From contig AP024664.1 of assembly GCA_024346625.1 (NCBI GenBank), positions 2,294,001-2,358,000 on the forward strand: 64,000 bases of DNA, written 5' to 3'. Position numbers and translations under genes: made by a program. Of this stretch, positions 27,030-44,230 are shown piece by piece (position 1 is the first letter of the stretch; the number at the start of each line of letters is the position of its first letter). The notes beneath the pieces were generated by a model, which did not search any database, had not been told where the DNA came from, and worked only from the letters and a program-made list of their open reading frames with translations. The stretch comes from Williopsis jadinii (Eukaryota).

Positions 27030-29025
27030 GTGTAGCAGGTGTGTAGTGAGTGTCCATTGGGGGCCTGGGTGTCCAGCGGGCGGTCATTTGGTGATGATTC
27101 AGGAGTGAACCAGCGGTGAGTTGATGTCCACGGGTGGCCAGCGGGCCTCCAGGGGACCTCCAGGGGGCCTCTAGGGGATGGATCGTGGTCTCTAAGGTGG
27201 GTCTAGCATGTTTACAGTACATAGATGTGTGGAAGATGTCCATTGGGTGTCTGATTGTTTACTCGGGGTCCATTTGGTGTTGATTCAGGGGTGAGTTGAT
27301 GTCCATGGATGTCCAGGGATGTCCACGGGATGTCCAGCGGGCGTCCATAGGCCTCTAGGGGCGTCCGGTGGCTATATCGTGGTCTCCAGGGTCTGTCCAG
27401 GGTATTCCCAGCATGTAGTTGTGTAGAAGATGTCCATTGGGTGTCTGATTGTTTACTCCGTGTCCACTTGGTGATGATTCAGCGGCAGCGAGCGTTGAGG
27501 GGGCCTCTAGGGGCCTCCAACGGGAGCCTGGTGGATGGATCGTGGTCTCCAGTGTGTTCCCAGCTTGTAGATGTCCATTGCATGTCCAATAAGTGTTTGG
27601 TTGTTGACCCGCTGTCCATTTGGTGTTGATTCAGGGGCGAGATGATGTTCACGGGGCATCCACAGACCTCTAGCAAGAGCCTGGTGGATGTATCGTGGTC
27701 TCCAGCGTCTGTCCAGGGTATTCCCAGTGTGTAGATGTCCATTGAGTGTCCATTGGTGGCCTTGTTGTTTACACGGTGTCCACTTGATGATGATTCAGCG
27801 GCAAGCGAACGTTGATGGAGCGTCCAACAAGCCTCTAGGGACCTCCAGCGGGAGCCTAGTCGATGCCTAGACATCCTTAGGTGGTCTCCAGCATCTTCCC
27901 TGTTTGTAGTTGTCCATTGAATGTCCATTGGTGGCCTTGTTGTTGACACGGTGTCCACTTGGTGTTGATTCAGCGGCAAGCGAACGTCGACGAGGTGGCC
28001 ACCAGGCATCCACAGACCTCTAGCAAGAGCCTGGTGGGTGGATTGTGGTCGCCAGGGTTGGTCTAGAGTATTTCCAGTGTGTTGATGTCCATTGAATGTC
28101 CAATAGATGGCTTGTTGTTTACCCGCCGCCCACTCGGTGATGTTTCAGCGGCGAGTTGATGTCCACAGTATGTCCACGGGGCAACCATAAGCCTCTAGCG
28201 ACAGCCTGGTGGATGTATCACGGTCTCTAGCGTCTGTCCAGCGTATTCCCAGCAAGTAGATGTCCAATTGGTGTCCATTGGTGGCCTTGTTGTTGACACG
28301 GTGTCCACTTGATGATGATTCAGCGGCAAGCGAACGTTGATGGGGCCTTCACGCGGCAAACATAAGCCTCTAGCGAACGTCCAGTGGATGGACCGTGGTC
28401 TCCAGTGTCTGTTTGGCATGTTCCCAGTACGTTGATGTCCAATTGGTGTCCATTGGTGGCCTTGTTGTTTACACGGTGTCCACTTGGTGTTGATTCAGCG
28501 GCGAGAAAACGTCGACGAGGTGGCCACCAGGCATCCACAGACCTCTAGCGATAGCCTGGTGGATGTATCGTGGTCTCCAGTGTCTGTTTGGCATGTGTCC
28601 AGTGTGTAGGTATCCATTGAATGTCCATTGGTGGCCTTGTTGTTTACCCGCCGCCCACTCGGTGATGATTCAGCGGTGAGTTGATGTCCACAGTATGTCC
28701 ACGGGGCAACCATAAGCCTCTAGCGACAGCCTGGTGGATGTATCGTGGTCTCTAGCGTCTGTCCAGGGTATTCCCAGCATGTAGTTGTCCAATTGGTGTC
28801 CATTGGTGGCCTTGTTGTTGACACGGTGTCCACTTGATGATGTTTCAGCGGCAAGCGAACGTTGATGGGGCCTTCACGCGGCAAACATAAGCCTCTAGCG
28901 ACAGCCTGGTGGATGTATCGTGGCCTCAGGTTCTGTCCAGCATGTTTCCAATACATAGATGTCTAATTGGTGTCCATTGGGAACATCTTTGTTTACCCTC
29001 TACCCCCTTGATGTTCATTCAGGGA
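27030..29025. repeat. IGS2 175-bp array, ~12 copies
   Basis: As unit 1. Confidence 0.95.
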
Positions 29026-30428
29026 AAAGTTTTTTTTTTTCGCAAATTCACCGGCGAGAAAACGCCCACGCGGTGGCCACCGGTTCAGGCATTAGCTCCG
29101 ATCCAGGTAAAGTGGCCCCGCCAGCTTGGTGTCCAGCAGTAAATTGGCGCAATTCGGGATCAACCACCCCCATGTGGGGCCCGGAGTTTGACACATCCTC
29201 TAATATCCGCAACACTTAAATGCTTCCAGAACTCCACACACACATCCTACCACAACCAAAATCACTGTTCCACGCTCACAAAATTCACGCCTTTCCAATG
29301 AGACCAAAATACCCTGGTATTTCCACCATTTGGGTTTTTCATTCCATTATTTTACTGTTAACATCTACCCAAATTTTATAATCCGAAAAAGACTCACCTA
29401 TTCTCGGAGATATCCTAAATTAATATATACTATATAATCCCATAACTCGGGAACTAGCAGAGCTTTCGAGCTATAAACACCACTACTGGATAGCTACGCT
29501 CCAGAGGTTACCTATGGGTTTAAGTTGTTTCCCGGTTTATGGGTGCCCATCTCCCTGGAAAGCAAAACATGGTTTTTAGAGGGCAACCTGCATTTTCTCG
29601 GCGAACCCCGGTTTGTTCCAACTTTATCAAAAGTGGGTCTTTCATGGCCAAACTTGGGTCATATATTCACCTTCAGGAGTAGTACCTATGGTCCAACAGC
29701 CATGGATGGGTGCACTTTGCCCATTGTTCAGGAGGTATAAGTACAAAATTACATGCATAAATGTTGATTTTTGGGTGCCGCCGAGCAACCGGAATTAACC
29801 AGAGATGATGCAAGATGATAGTACTGTGTCAGTTACACCACCTTGGCTTATTAGATCGGTCAAATTCATCGCGCGTGGTGGTGCAATTTGCGTTTAAAGG
29901 GTGTATAAAATGGCTTTTTGGTGTAAGGATGTTTGGGTGTTTGGATGAAATGTTTGGATGTTTTGGCAGGGTGGTGGGGGCAGGTGGGGGGCATATAATT
30001 GGATATTTTGGGATGGGGGCGATATGTTTGGGGAGTTTTTGGTATGGATCGGGAGGTTGGAGCGTGGTTTGAACCATTGGGCTTGTTGTGGTGTTTATGG
30101 CGTTTGTGCTGGGAGTGCGCTGGCTGTTACAAGTGTTGGGGTGGTCGGATCTGGCTTTCCGGGGTGTTGCCCGTTCCCGAAAAACAAAGTGGGGGCTTAA
30201 CTATGGGCGCTTAACTATGGGCGCTTAACTATGGGAGATTCACTATGAGACTTAACTATGGGATCTCTACTATGGGAGCTTCACTATAGGTGGTTAACTA
30301 TGGGAGTTCCACTATAGGTGGTTAACTACGGGGATGGTAGGTGGGGTTGCCCGTTCCCGAAAAACAAACTGGGAGTTAACTATGGGCGTTAACTATGGGG
30401 TTCCACTATGAAGGTCTTTAATTTTTCC

Positions 30429-30962
30429 TGAAGTTATTCGCATCCATGAAAATCTATACTTTCAAGGGGTATTTAATTTTTGTTGATGTAGTGCGCGGCC
30501 CAAAAAATCTATAGAGGTTAAACTTTGGTGAAGTTATTCGCATCCATGAAAATCTATACTTCCAAGGGGTATTTAATTTTTGTTGATGTAGTGCGCGGCC
30601 CAAAAAATCTATAGAGGTTAAATTTTGGTGAAGTTACTCGCTTCCATGAAAATCTATACTTTCAAGGGGTATTTAATTTTTGTTGATGTAGTGCGCGGCC
30701 CAAAAAATCCATAGAGGTTAAATTTTGGTGAAGTTACTCGCTTCCATAAAAATCTATACTTCCAAGGGGTATTTAATTTTTGTTGATGTAGTGCGCGGCC
30801 CAAAAAAAATCTATAGAGGTTAAATTTTGGTGAAGTTACTCGCTTCCATAAAAATCTATACTTCCAAGGGGTATTTAATTTTTGTTGATGTAGTGCGCGG
30901 CCCAAAAAAAATCTATAGAGGTTAAATTTTGGTGATGTTATTCGCATCCATAAAAATCTATA
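30429..30962. repeat. 100-bp array, 5.3 copies
   Basis: As unit 1. Confidence 0.95.
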
Positions 30963-32337
30963 GGGATTCCATATGGGAGTTCCATGGGGGTTCCATGGAA
31001 ATCTTCAATTTTAGTGATGTGGCGCGCGATCTTGAAAATCTAACTACAAGACTTGGTCTATATGGACTGTCTACAATAGATGTTTCCAGTAGATGCCCAC
31101 CTTTTTGGTTGGGTTGCGCCCTGTTGAAAAATTCATTTGTAGGTGTTGATGTATAAAGTGTAAGAAGAACAAACCTCTCTAACAATCGACGAGAGGGTGG
31201 ACTGAAAACCAAATCCATCGACGGTTGCCCTAAAATGAAAAATTTTTCACTGTTGCTCACACCGGAAAATTTTTTCCATGTTTGCGTCGCTTTTTTGTTG
31301 TGCTGCACGGACCGGAAAAATTTTTCATCTTTGCGTCCCTTTTTTGTTGTGCTGCACGGACCGAAAAATCTCACTTCCGGAACACTCTGAAACCGAATCT
31401 CAATTTCGGGACGGCCAACAACAAAATATGTGGCCTGTCCCAAAAACGCGTGGCCGAAATCTTGAAAATCCAAAATGTATGAGGCGAACCCAAAACATTG
31501 ACGCAGGGTATATGCAGGCGGTAGACGGCGTTGGTATAGCTCTGAGACTACAGACGATTGAAGAATTCAAAATCCAGAAAACACAAGTCCACACCTGATC
31601 AGTCTTCCAAAGATGAAAGAGGCTCGGAGGTACTACATGTGGGAGCGTTTGGACGATTTGAAAAAGTCGTCTGGAGTGGCCCACAGGCCTTGTTGGACGG
31701 TGGTGAAGGTGCTAGTGTGGTCGCCAGACTGTGCTTGCCTTGTACACCGTGTCGACATGGGCGGGGATGGGTTCGTTGGGCATTCGGTAAGTGAAGGGAG
31801 ACTCTCCTTCCATCAACAACACCTTCTTTGCCCGTTCTGGGTTTAGGGAGAGACCATAGGGGGGATCCTTTTTCTTTTGATGTTTTTCGGCCTACGCCTG
31901 AGCAGTCCCGTCTGGGAGTTCTTCCACGGGCGGGCACTGAGGGATTTAGTGGACTACTAGCCTATGGCAAGTGTTGTAACTAGAATCCTGGGGGCATACC
32001 TGCCTGGATAACCGTAGCGATACGTGAGTCCAGGCGGCGTGACCTCCTCTCAAGCCAGTGATGCTAAACCCGGGACGCATGAAACACGGCACTGGAGTTT
32101 AGCGGAGCCTGTGCTAGAGGAAATTTAAAGAGGGCTATATGGATGTGTTCTGTTCCCTGCCTGGGTTCTCCAGGCCGGGGGCAAGCACCAGCAGTTCTAA
32201 CGAACTACTGCTTACCACATAATATCTTCAGGGAGAACTTCTCCCGCTGGGAACGGGGGCGGACCCGGCTCTAGGCAGCGTAGGCACACCGGCCTAGTCA
32301 GCTCCGCCTAGACGACACCCCCTAACCAAAGGATAGT

Positions 32338-33432
32338 TATCTGGTTGATCCTGCCAGTAGTCATATGCTTGTCTCAAAGATTAAGCCATGCATGTCTAAG
32401 TATAAGCAATTTATACAGTGAAACTGCGAATGGCTCATTAAATCAGTTATAGTTTATTTGATAGTACCTTACTACTTGGATAACCGTGGTAATTCTAGAG
32501 CTAATACATGCTAAAAACCCCGACTGCTTGGGAGGGGTGTATTTATTAGATAAAAAATCAATGCCCTCGGGCTCTTTGATGATTCATAATAACTTGTCGA
32601 ATCGCATGGCTTTACGCCGGCGATGGTTCATTCAAATTTCTGCCCTATCAACTGTCGATGGTAGGATAGTGGCCTACCATGGTGGCAACGGGTAACGGGG
32701 AATAAGGGTTCGATTCCGGAGAGGGAGCCTGAGAAACGGCTACCACATCCAAGGAAGGCAGCAGGCGCGCAAATTACCCAATCCTAATTCAGGGAGGTAG
32801 TGACAATAAATAACGATACAGGGCCCTTCTGGGTCTTGTAATTGGAATGAGTACAATGTAAATACCTTAACGAGGAACAATTGGAGGGCAAGTCTGGTGC
32901 CAGCAGCCGCGGTAATTCCAGCTCCAATAGCGTATATTAAAGTTGTTGCAGTTAAAAAGCTCGTAGTTGAACTTTGGGCCTGGCAGGCCGGTCCGCTTTT
33001 TGGCGAGTACTGACCCTGCCGGGCCTTTCCTTCTGGCTACCCTCCCCTCTGGAGAGGCGAACCAGGACTTTTACTTTGAAAAAATTAGAGTGTTCAAAGC
33101 AGGCCTTTGCTCGAATATATTAGCATGGAATAATAGAATAGGACGTTTGGTTCTATTTTGTTGGTTTCTAGGACCATCGTAATGATTAATAGGGACGGTC
33201 GGGGGCATCAGTATTCAGTTGTCAGAGGTGAAATTCTTGGATTTACTGAAGACTAACTACTGCGAAAGCATTTGCCAAGGACGTTTTCATTAATCAAGAA
33301 CGAAAGTTAGGGGATCGAAGATGATCAGATACCGTCGTAGTCTTAACCATAAACTATGCCGACTAGGGATCGGGTGTTGTTTTTATAATGACTCACTCGG
33401 CACCTTACGAGAAATCAAAGTCTTTGGGTTCT

Positions 33433-33501
<69 letters not shown>

Positions 33502-33940
33502 GCGGCTTAATTTGACTCAACACGGGGAAACTCACCAGGTCCAGACACAATAAGGATTGACAGATTGAGAGCTCTTTCTTGATTTTGTGGGTGGTGGTGC
33601 ATGGCCGTTCTTAGTTGGTGGAGTGATTTGTCTGCTTAATTGCGATAACGAACGAGACCTTAACCTACTAAATAGCGCGACTAGCTTTTGCTGGTGCTGA
33701 CGCTTCTTAGAGGGACTATCGATTTCAAGTCGATGGAAGTTTGAGGCAATAACAGGTCTGTGATGCCCTTAGACGTTCTGGGCCGCACGCGCGCTACACT
33801 GACGGAGCCAGCGAGTCTAGCCTTGGCCGAGAGGTCATGGGTAATCTTGTGAAACTCCGTCGTGCTGGGGATAGAGCATTGCAATTATTGCTCTTCAACG
33901 AGGAATTCCTAGTAAGCGCAAGTCATCAGCTTGCGTTGAT

Positions 33941-33986
<46 letters not shown>

Positions 33987-34070
33987 AATGGCTTAGTGAG
34001 GCTTCAGGATTGGCTTATGGCGGGAGGCGACTCCTGCCTGGAGCCGAGAATCTAGTCAAACTTGGTCATT

Positions 34071-34128
<58 letters not shown>
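32338..34128 (+). rRNA. RDN18: 18S rRNA
   Basis: Canonical ends, same length as unit 1. Confidence 0.99.
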
Positions 34129-34269
34129 GAGAACCTGGGCCTGCGCTTCTAGCGCGGCTCCAACCAATACACAGTGTATTTTGCTTCTTTTGCTTTGGCT
34201 CTGCCAAAGGTTTTTAAACACAGAAATTTATTTTCTCTAGAAACTAGTCAATTTGAATTTTAATCTTCA

Positions 34270-34427
34270 AAACTTTCAACAACGGATCTCTTGGTTCTCG
34301 CAACGATGAAGAACGCAGCGAAATGCGATACGTAATGTGAATTGCAGGTTTTCGTGAATCATCGAATCTTTGAACGCATATTGCGCTCTCTGGCATTCCA
34401 GAGAGCATGCCTGTTTGAGCGTCATTT
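34270..34427 (+). rRNA. RDN58: 5.8S rRNA
   Basis: As unit 1. Confidence 0.99.
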
Positions 34428-34603
34428 CTCTCTCAAGATCCTCTAGGGGACTTGGTATTGAGTGATACTCTGTGTTAACTTGAAATACTCTAGGCAGAGC
34501 TCCCCCTAGAAATCCTCTGGGCCGAAATAATGTATTAGGTTCTACCAACTCGTTATTTTCCAGACAGACTTCCAGGCAGAGCTCGGCTGAACAACCTTTC
34601 TAA

Positions 34604-37989
<3,386 letters not shown>

Positions 37990-38318
37990 TGTTTCGGCAA
38001 CTCTATTTTTTGCTGGCGGGTGCCAGCTGGGGATAGAGTGTCACACAGTTGCCGTAGGCGACTGTGTATTTGTTTTGGTGACGGTAGGGTAATCTTTGGT
38101 GTGAGTGGTGTAGTTTTTGCTTTTTTGTCACGGGGTGTGTGGGTGTTGTGATGAAGATGGTCTCTGAGGTTTTATGACGGTAGGGTAACAGTTGGTGTGA
38201 GTGGTTGAATTTTTTTTAATTTTTCACCAGAGCTCCCAGGAGGAATTTTTGTTTTTCGTGAGGGGAGGGGGTTTCCACCGGCTAGGCTGGGCTGGGCTTC
38301 CAGGCTGGGCTTAAAAAA

Positions 38319-38506
38319 GTTAGGCGGGTGGTCAGCCTAAAAAGCTAGGCGGGTGGGATAAGCCTAGAAAGCTAGGCGGGTGGTCAGCCTAAAAAGCTAG
38401 GCGGGTGGGATAAGCCTAGAAAGCTAGGCGGGTGGTCAGCCTAAAATGCTAGGCGGGTGGTCAGCCTAAAATGCTAGGCGGGATGGGCTTAAAATGTTAG
38501 GCGGGT
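38319..38506. repeat. IGS1 hairpin array, 6 units plus variant
   Basis: 25 bp shorter than unit 1. Confidence 0.92.
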
Positions 38507-39100
38507 CCACACTGGGGCACCACAGACACCAAGTCCAAACACTTAGGAAAGACACCCAGACCAGACCAAGACCAACCTATGGCTACACCAACAGATTCCC
38601 ACAACGACAACCACGGGAAATGGGAATGTGGCCCCAAAGTGGGATTTTACCAAAACCGTTAGTATGGGGATCCCCCAGGCAGTGGGAATTTCCGGTTACG
38701 AGCGCTGGCGAGGATTTTCTAATTTTGCGAGAAGTGCGACCATCCCTCCGCGCCTGCGCCGCTGCGGGATGGTCATAATGATTTAAAAAAACTAGGGGTA
38801 TCCGGTTCCGCCCCCGTATATAGGTATATATATGTGTGTAGATGGGTGGGTGGTGGTGGTGGTTGACGGGGGGGGAGGGGGGTTTATATAGTTTTGGGTG
38901 GTGTTGGGTGGTCACGTGGGTCACGTGAGTGGTGTGCGGGTGGTGTGTGTGGTGTAAGGGTGTGCAGTCACCGGGCGGGTCACGTGGATGGTGTTAGGGC
39001 TGGTGTAGGCCACGGCCACCAGCCGGGTAGACTACCCCTTTTGGGACACCGGGTAGACTGCCCCTTTTGGGAAGCCGGTTACCCAACTTGGGTAAAAAAA

Positions 39101-39221
39101 AGATTGCAGCACCTGAGTTTCGCGTATGGTCACCCACTACACTACTCGATCAGGCTCTTAGCAGCTTAACTACAGTTGATCGGACGGGAAACGGTGCTTT
39201 CTGCTAGATATGGCCGCAACC
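39101..39221 (-). rRNA. RDN5: 5S rRNA
   Basis: Same as 2061-2181. Confidence 0.98.
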
Positions 39222-39424
39222 GAAATGGAAGCGCGCGGGGGAGGTTACACTGCTTACACTGCTTACACCGCTTACTAAGCAGCTTACTAAGAACCGCTTA
39301 CTAAGACACCGCTTACTAAGCACTGTGTAGATGTAGCAGGTGGGTGTAGGGGTAAGGTCCAGCGGGCCCAGGGCATCCAGGGGGCTGTCTATAGCGGGAG
39401 CTATAGGGCGCGTCGTACGTGGAC

Positions 39425-42296
39425 GTGTAGCAGGTGTGTAGTGAGTGTCCATTGGGGGCCTGGGTGTCCAGCGGGCGGTCATTTGGTGATGATTCAGGAG
39501 TGAACCAGCGGTGAGTTGATGTCCACGGGTGGCCAGCGGGCCTCCAGGGGACCTCCAGGGGGCCTCTAGGGGATGGATCGTGGTCTCTAAGGTGGGTCTA
39601 GCATGTTTACAGTACATAGATGTGTGGAAGATGTCCATTGGGTGTCTGATTGTTTACTCGGGGTCCATTTGGTGTTGATTCAGGGGTGAGTTGATGTCCA
39701 TGGATGTCCAGGGATGTCCACGGGATGTCCAGCGGGCGTCCATAGGCCTCTAGGGGCGTCCGGTGGCTATATCGTGGTCTCCAGGGTCTGTCCAGGGTAT
39801 TCCCAGCATGTAGTTGTGTAGAAGATGTCCATTGGGTGTCTGATTGTTTACTCCGTGTCCACTTGGTGATGATTCAGCGGCAGCGAGCGTTGAGGGGGCC
39901 TCTAGGGGCCTCCAACGGGAGCCTGGTGGATGGATCGTGGTCTCCAGTGTGTTCCCAGCTTGTAGATGTCCATTGCATGTCCAATAAGTGTTTGGTTGTT
40001 GACCCGCTGTCCATTTGGTGTTGATTCAGGGGCGAGATGATGTTCACGGGGCATCCACAGACCTCTAGCAAGAGCCTGGTGGATGTATCGTGGTCTCCAG
40101 CGTCTGTCCAGGGTATTCCCAGTGTGTAGATGTCCATTGAGTGTCCATTGGTGGCCTTGTTGTTTACACGGTGTCCACTTGATGATGATTCAGCGGCAAG
40201 CGAACGTTGATGGAGCGTCCAACAAGCCTCTAGGGACCTCCAGCGGGAGCCTAGTCGATGCCTAGACATCCTTAGGTGGTCTCCAGCATCTTCCCTGTTT
40301 GTAGTTGTCCATTGAATGTCCATTGGTGGCCTTGTTGTTGACACGGTGTCCACTTGGTGTTGATTCAGCGGCAAGCGAACGTCGACGAGGTGGCCACCAG
40401 GCATCCACAGACCTCTAGCAAGAGCCTGGTGGGTGGATTGTGGTCGCCAGGGTTGGTCTAGAGTATTTCCAGTGTGTTGATGTCCATTGAATGTCCAATA
40501 GATGGCTTGTTGTTTACCCGCCGCCCACTCGGTGATGTTTCAGCGGCGAGTTGATGTCCACAGTATGTCCACGGGGCAACCATAAGCCTCTAGCGACAGC
40601 CTGGTGGATGTATCACGGTCTCTAGCGTCTGTCCAGCGTATTCCCAGCAAGTAGATGTCCAATTGGTGTCCATTGGTGGCCTTGTTGTTGACACGGTGTC
40701 CACTTGATGATGATTCAGCGGCAAGCGAACGTTGATGGGGCCTTCACGCGGCAAACATAAGCCTCTAGCGAACGTCCAGTGGATGGACCGTGGTCTCCAG
40801 TGTCTGTTTGGCATGTTCCCAGTACGTTGATGTCCAATTGGTGTCCATTGGTGGCCTTGTTGTTTACACGGTGTCCACTTGGTGTTGATTCAGCGGCGAG
40901 AAAACGTCGACGAGGTGGCCACCAGGCATCCACAGACCTCTAGCGATAGCCTGGTGGATGTATCGTGGTCTCCAGTGTCTGTTTGGCATGTGTCCAGTGT
41001 GTAGGTATCCATTGAATGTCCATTGGTGGCCTTGTTGTTTACCCGCTGTCCATTTGGTGTTGATTCAGGGGCGAGAAAACGTCGACGGCGTTGCCACCAG
41101 GCATCCGCAGGCCTCTAGCGATAGCCTGGTGGATGGACCGTGGCCTCCAGTGTCTGTTTGGCATGTGTCCAGCATGTAGATGTGTGGAAGATGTCCATTG
41201 GTGGCCTTGTTGTTTACACGGTGTCCACTTGATGATGATTCAGCGGCGAGAAAACGTCGACGTGGTGGCCACCAGGCATCCACAGACCTCTAGCGACAGC
41301 CTGGTGGATGTATCGTGGTCTCTAGCGTCTGTCCAAGGTATTCCCAGTGCGTTGATGTCCATTGAATGTCCAATAGATGGCTTGTTGTTTACCCGCCGCC
41401 CACTTGATGATGTTTCAGCGGCGAGTTGATGTCCACAGGATGTCCACCAGGCATCCACAGACCTCTAGCGATAGCCTGGTGGATGTATCGTGGTCTCTAG
41501 CGTCTGTTTGGCATGTGTCCAGCATGTAGTTGTCCAATTGGTGTCCATCGGTGGCCTTGTTGTTTACACCGTGTCCACTTGATGATGTTTCAGCAGTGAG
41601 TTGATGTCCACAGGATGTCCACGGGGCAACCATAAGCCTCTAGCGAACGTCTAGTCGATGTATCGTGGTCTCCAGTGTCTGTTTGGCATGTGTCCAGTGT
41701 GTAGGTATCCGTTGAATGTCCATTGGTGGCCTGATTGTTTACCCGCTGTCCATTTGGTGTTGATTCAGCGGCGAGAAAACGTCGACGGCGTTGCCACCAG
41801 GCATCCGCAGGCCTCTATCAAGAGCCTGGTGGATGTATCGTGGCCTCTAGGGATGGTCTAGCGTATTCCCAGTGTGTAGATTTCCATTGAATGTCCATTG
41901 GTCGCCTCTTTGTTTACCCCCCGCCCGCTTGATGATGTTTCAGCGGCGTGTTGATGTCCACAGGATGTTCACGGGGCAAACATAAGCCTCTAGCGAGAGC
42001 CTGGTGGGTGGAGCGTGGTCTCCAGTGTCTGTTTGGCACGTGTCCAGCATGTAGATGTGTGGAAGATGTCCATTGGTGGCCTCGTTGTTTACACGGTGTC
42101 CACTTGATGTTGTTTCAGCGGCGAGAAAACGTCGACGGGGCCTCCACGCGGCAAACATAAGCCTCTAGCGATAGCCTGGTGGATGTATCGTGGCCTCTAG
42201 GTTCTGTCCAGCATGTTTCCAATACATAGATGTGTAGAAGATGTCCAACCAGCGCCCCTTTGTTTACCCTCTACCCCCTTGATGTTCATTCAGGGA
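39425..42296. repeat. IGS2 175-bp array, long allele (~17 copies)
   Basis: 876 bp longer than in units 1-3, i.e. five extra monomers. Confidence 0.95.
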
Positions 42297-43696
42297 AAAG
42301 TTTTTTTTCGCAAATTCAGCGGCGAGAAAACGCCCACGCGGTGGCCACCGGTTCAGGCATTAGCTCCGATCCAGGTAAAGTGGCCCCGCCAGCTTGGTGT
42401 CCAGCAGTAAATTGGCGCAATTCGGGATCAACCACCCCCATGTGGGGCCCGGAGTTTGACACATCCTCTAATATCCGCAACACTTAAATGCTTCCAGAAC
42501 TCCACACACACATCCTACCACAACCAAAATCACTGTTCCACGCTCACAAAATTCACGCCTTTCCAATGAGACCAAAATACCCTGGTATTTCCACCATTTG
42601 GGTTTTTCATTCCATTATTTTACTGTTAACATCTACCCAAATTTTATAATCCGAAAAAGACTCACCTATTCTCGGAGATATCCTAAATTAATATATACTA
42701 TATAATCCCATAACTCGGGAACTAGCAGAGCTTTCGAGCTATAAACACCACTACTGGATAGCTACGCTCCAGAACTTACCACTGGGTTTAAGTTGTTTCC
42801 CGGTTTATGGGTGCCCATCTCCCTGGAAAGCAAAACATGGTTTTTAGAGGGCAACCTGCATTTTCTCGGCGAACCCCGGTTTGTTCCAACTTTATCAAAA
42901 GTGGGTCTTTCATGGCCAAACTTGGGTCATATATTCACCTTCAGGAGTAGTACCTATGGTCCAACAGCCATGGATGGGTGCACTTTGCCCATTGTTCAGG
43001 AGGTATAAGTACAAAATTACATGCATAAATGTTGATTTTTGGGTGCCGCCGAGCAACCGGAATTAACCAGAGATGATGCAAGATGATAGTACTGTGTCAG
43101 TTACACCACCTTGGCTTATTAGATCGGTCAAATTCATCGCGCGTGGTGGTGCAATTTGCGTTTAAAGGGTGTATAAAATGGCTTTTTGGTGTAAGGATGT
43201 TTGGGTGTTTGGATGAAATGTTTGGATGTTTTGGCAGGGTGGTGGGGGCAGGTGGGGGGCATATAATTGGATATTTTGGGATGGGGGCGATATGTTTGGG
43301 GAGTTTTTGGTATGGATCGGGAGGTTGGAGCGTGGTTTGAACCATTGGGCTTGTTGTGGTGTTTATGGCGTTTGTGCTGGGAGTGCGCTGGCTGTTACAA
43401 GTGTTGGGGTGGTCGGATCTGGCTTTCCGGGGTGTTGCCCGTTCCCGAAAAACAAAGTGGGGGCTTAACTATGGGCGCTTAACTATGGGCGCTTAACTAT
43501 GGGAGATTCACTATGAGACTTAACTATGGGATCTCTACTATGGGAGCTTCACTATAGGTGGTTAACTATGGGAGTTCCACTATAGGTGGTTAACTACGGG
43601 GATGGTAGGTGGTGTTGCCCGTTCCCGAAAAACAAACTGGGAGTTAACTATGGGCGTTAACTATGGGGTTCCACTATGAAGGTCTTTAATTTTTCC

Positions 43697-44230
43697 TGAA
43701 GTTATTCGCATCCATGAAAATCTATACTTTCAAGGGGTATTTAATTTTTGTTGATGTAGTGCGCGGCCCAAAAAATCTATAGAGGTTAAACTTTGGTGAA
43801 GTTATTCGCATCCATGAAAATCTATACTTCCAAGGGGTATTTAATTTTTGTTGATGTAGTGCGCGGCCCAAAAAATCTATAGAGGTTAAATTTTGGTGAA
43901 GTTACTCGCTTCCATGAAAATCTATACTTTCAAGGGGTATTTAATTTTTGTTGATGTAGTGCGCGGCCCAAAAAATCCATAGAGGTTAAATTTTGGTGAA
44001 GTTACTCGCTTCCATAAAAATCTATACTTCCAAGGGGTATTTAATTTTTGTTGATGTAGTGCGCGGCCCAAAAAAAATCTATAGAGGTTAAATTTTGGTG
44101 AAGTTACTCGCTTCCATAAAAATCTATACTTCCAAGGGGTATTTAATTTTTGTTGATGTAGTGCGCGGCCCAAAAAAAATCTATAGAGGTTAAATTTTGG
44201 TGATGTTATTCGCATCCATAAAAATCTATA
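43697..44230. repeat. 100-bp array, 5.3 copies
   Basis: As unit 1. Confidence 0.95.
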
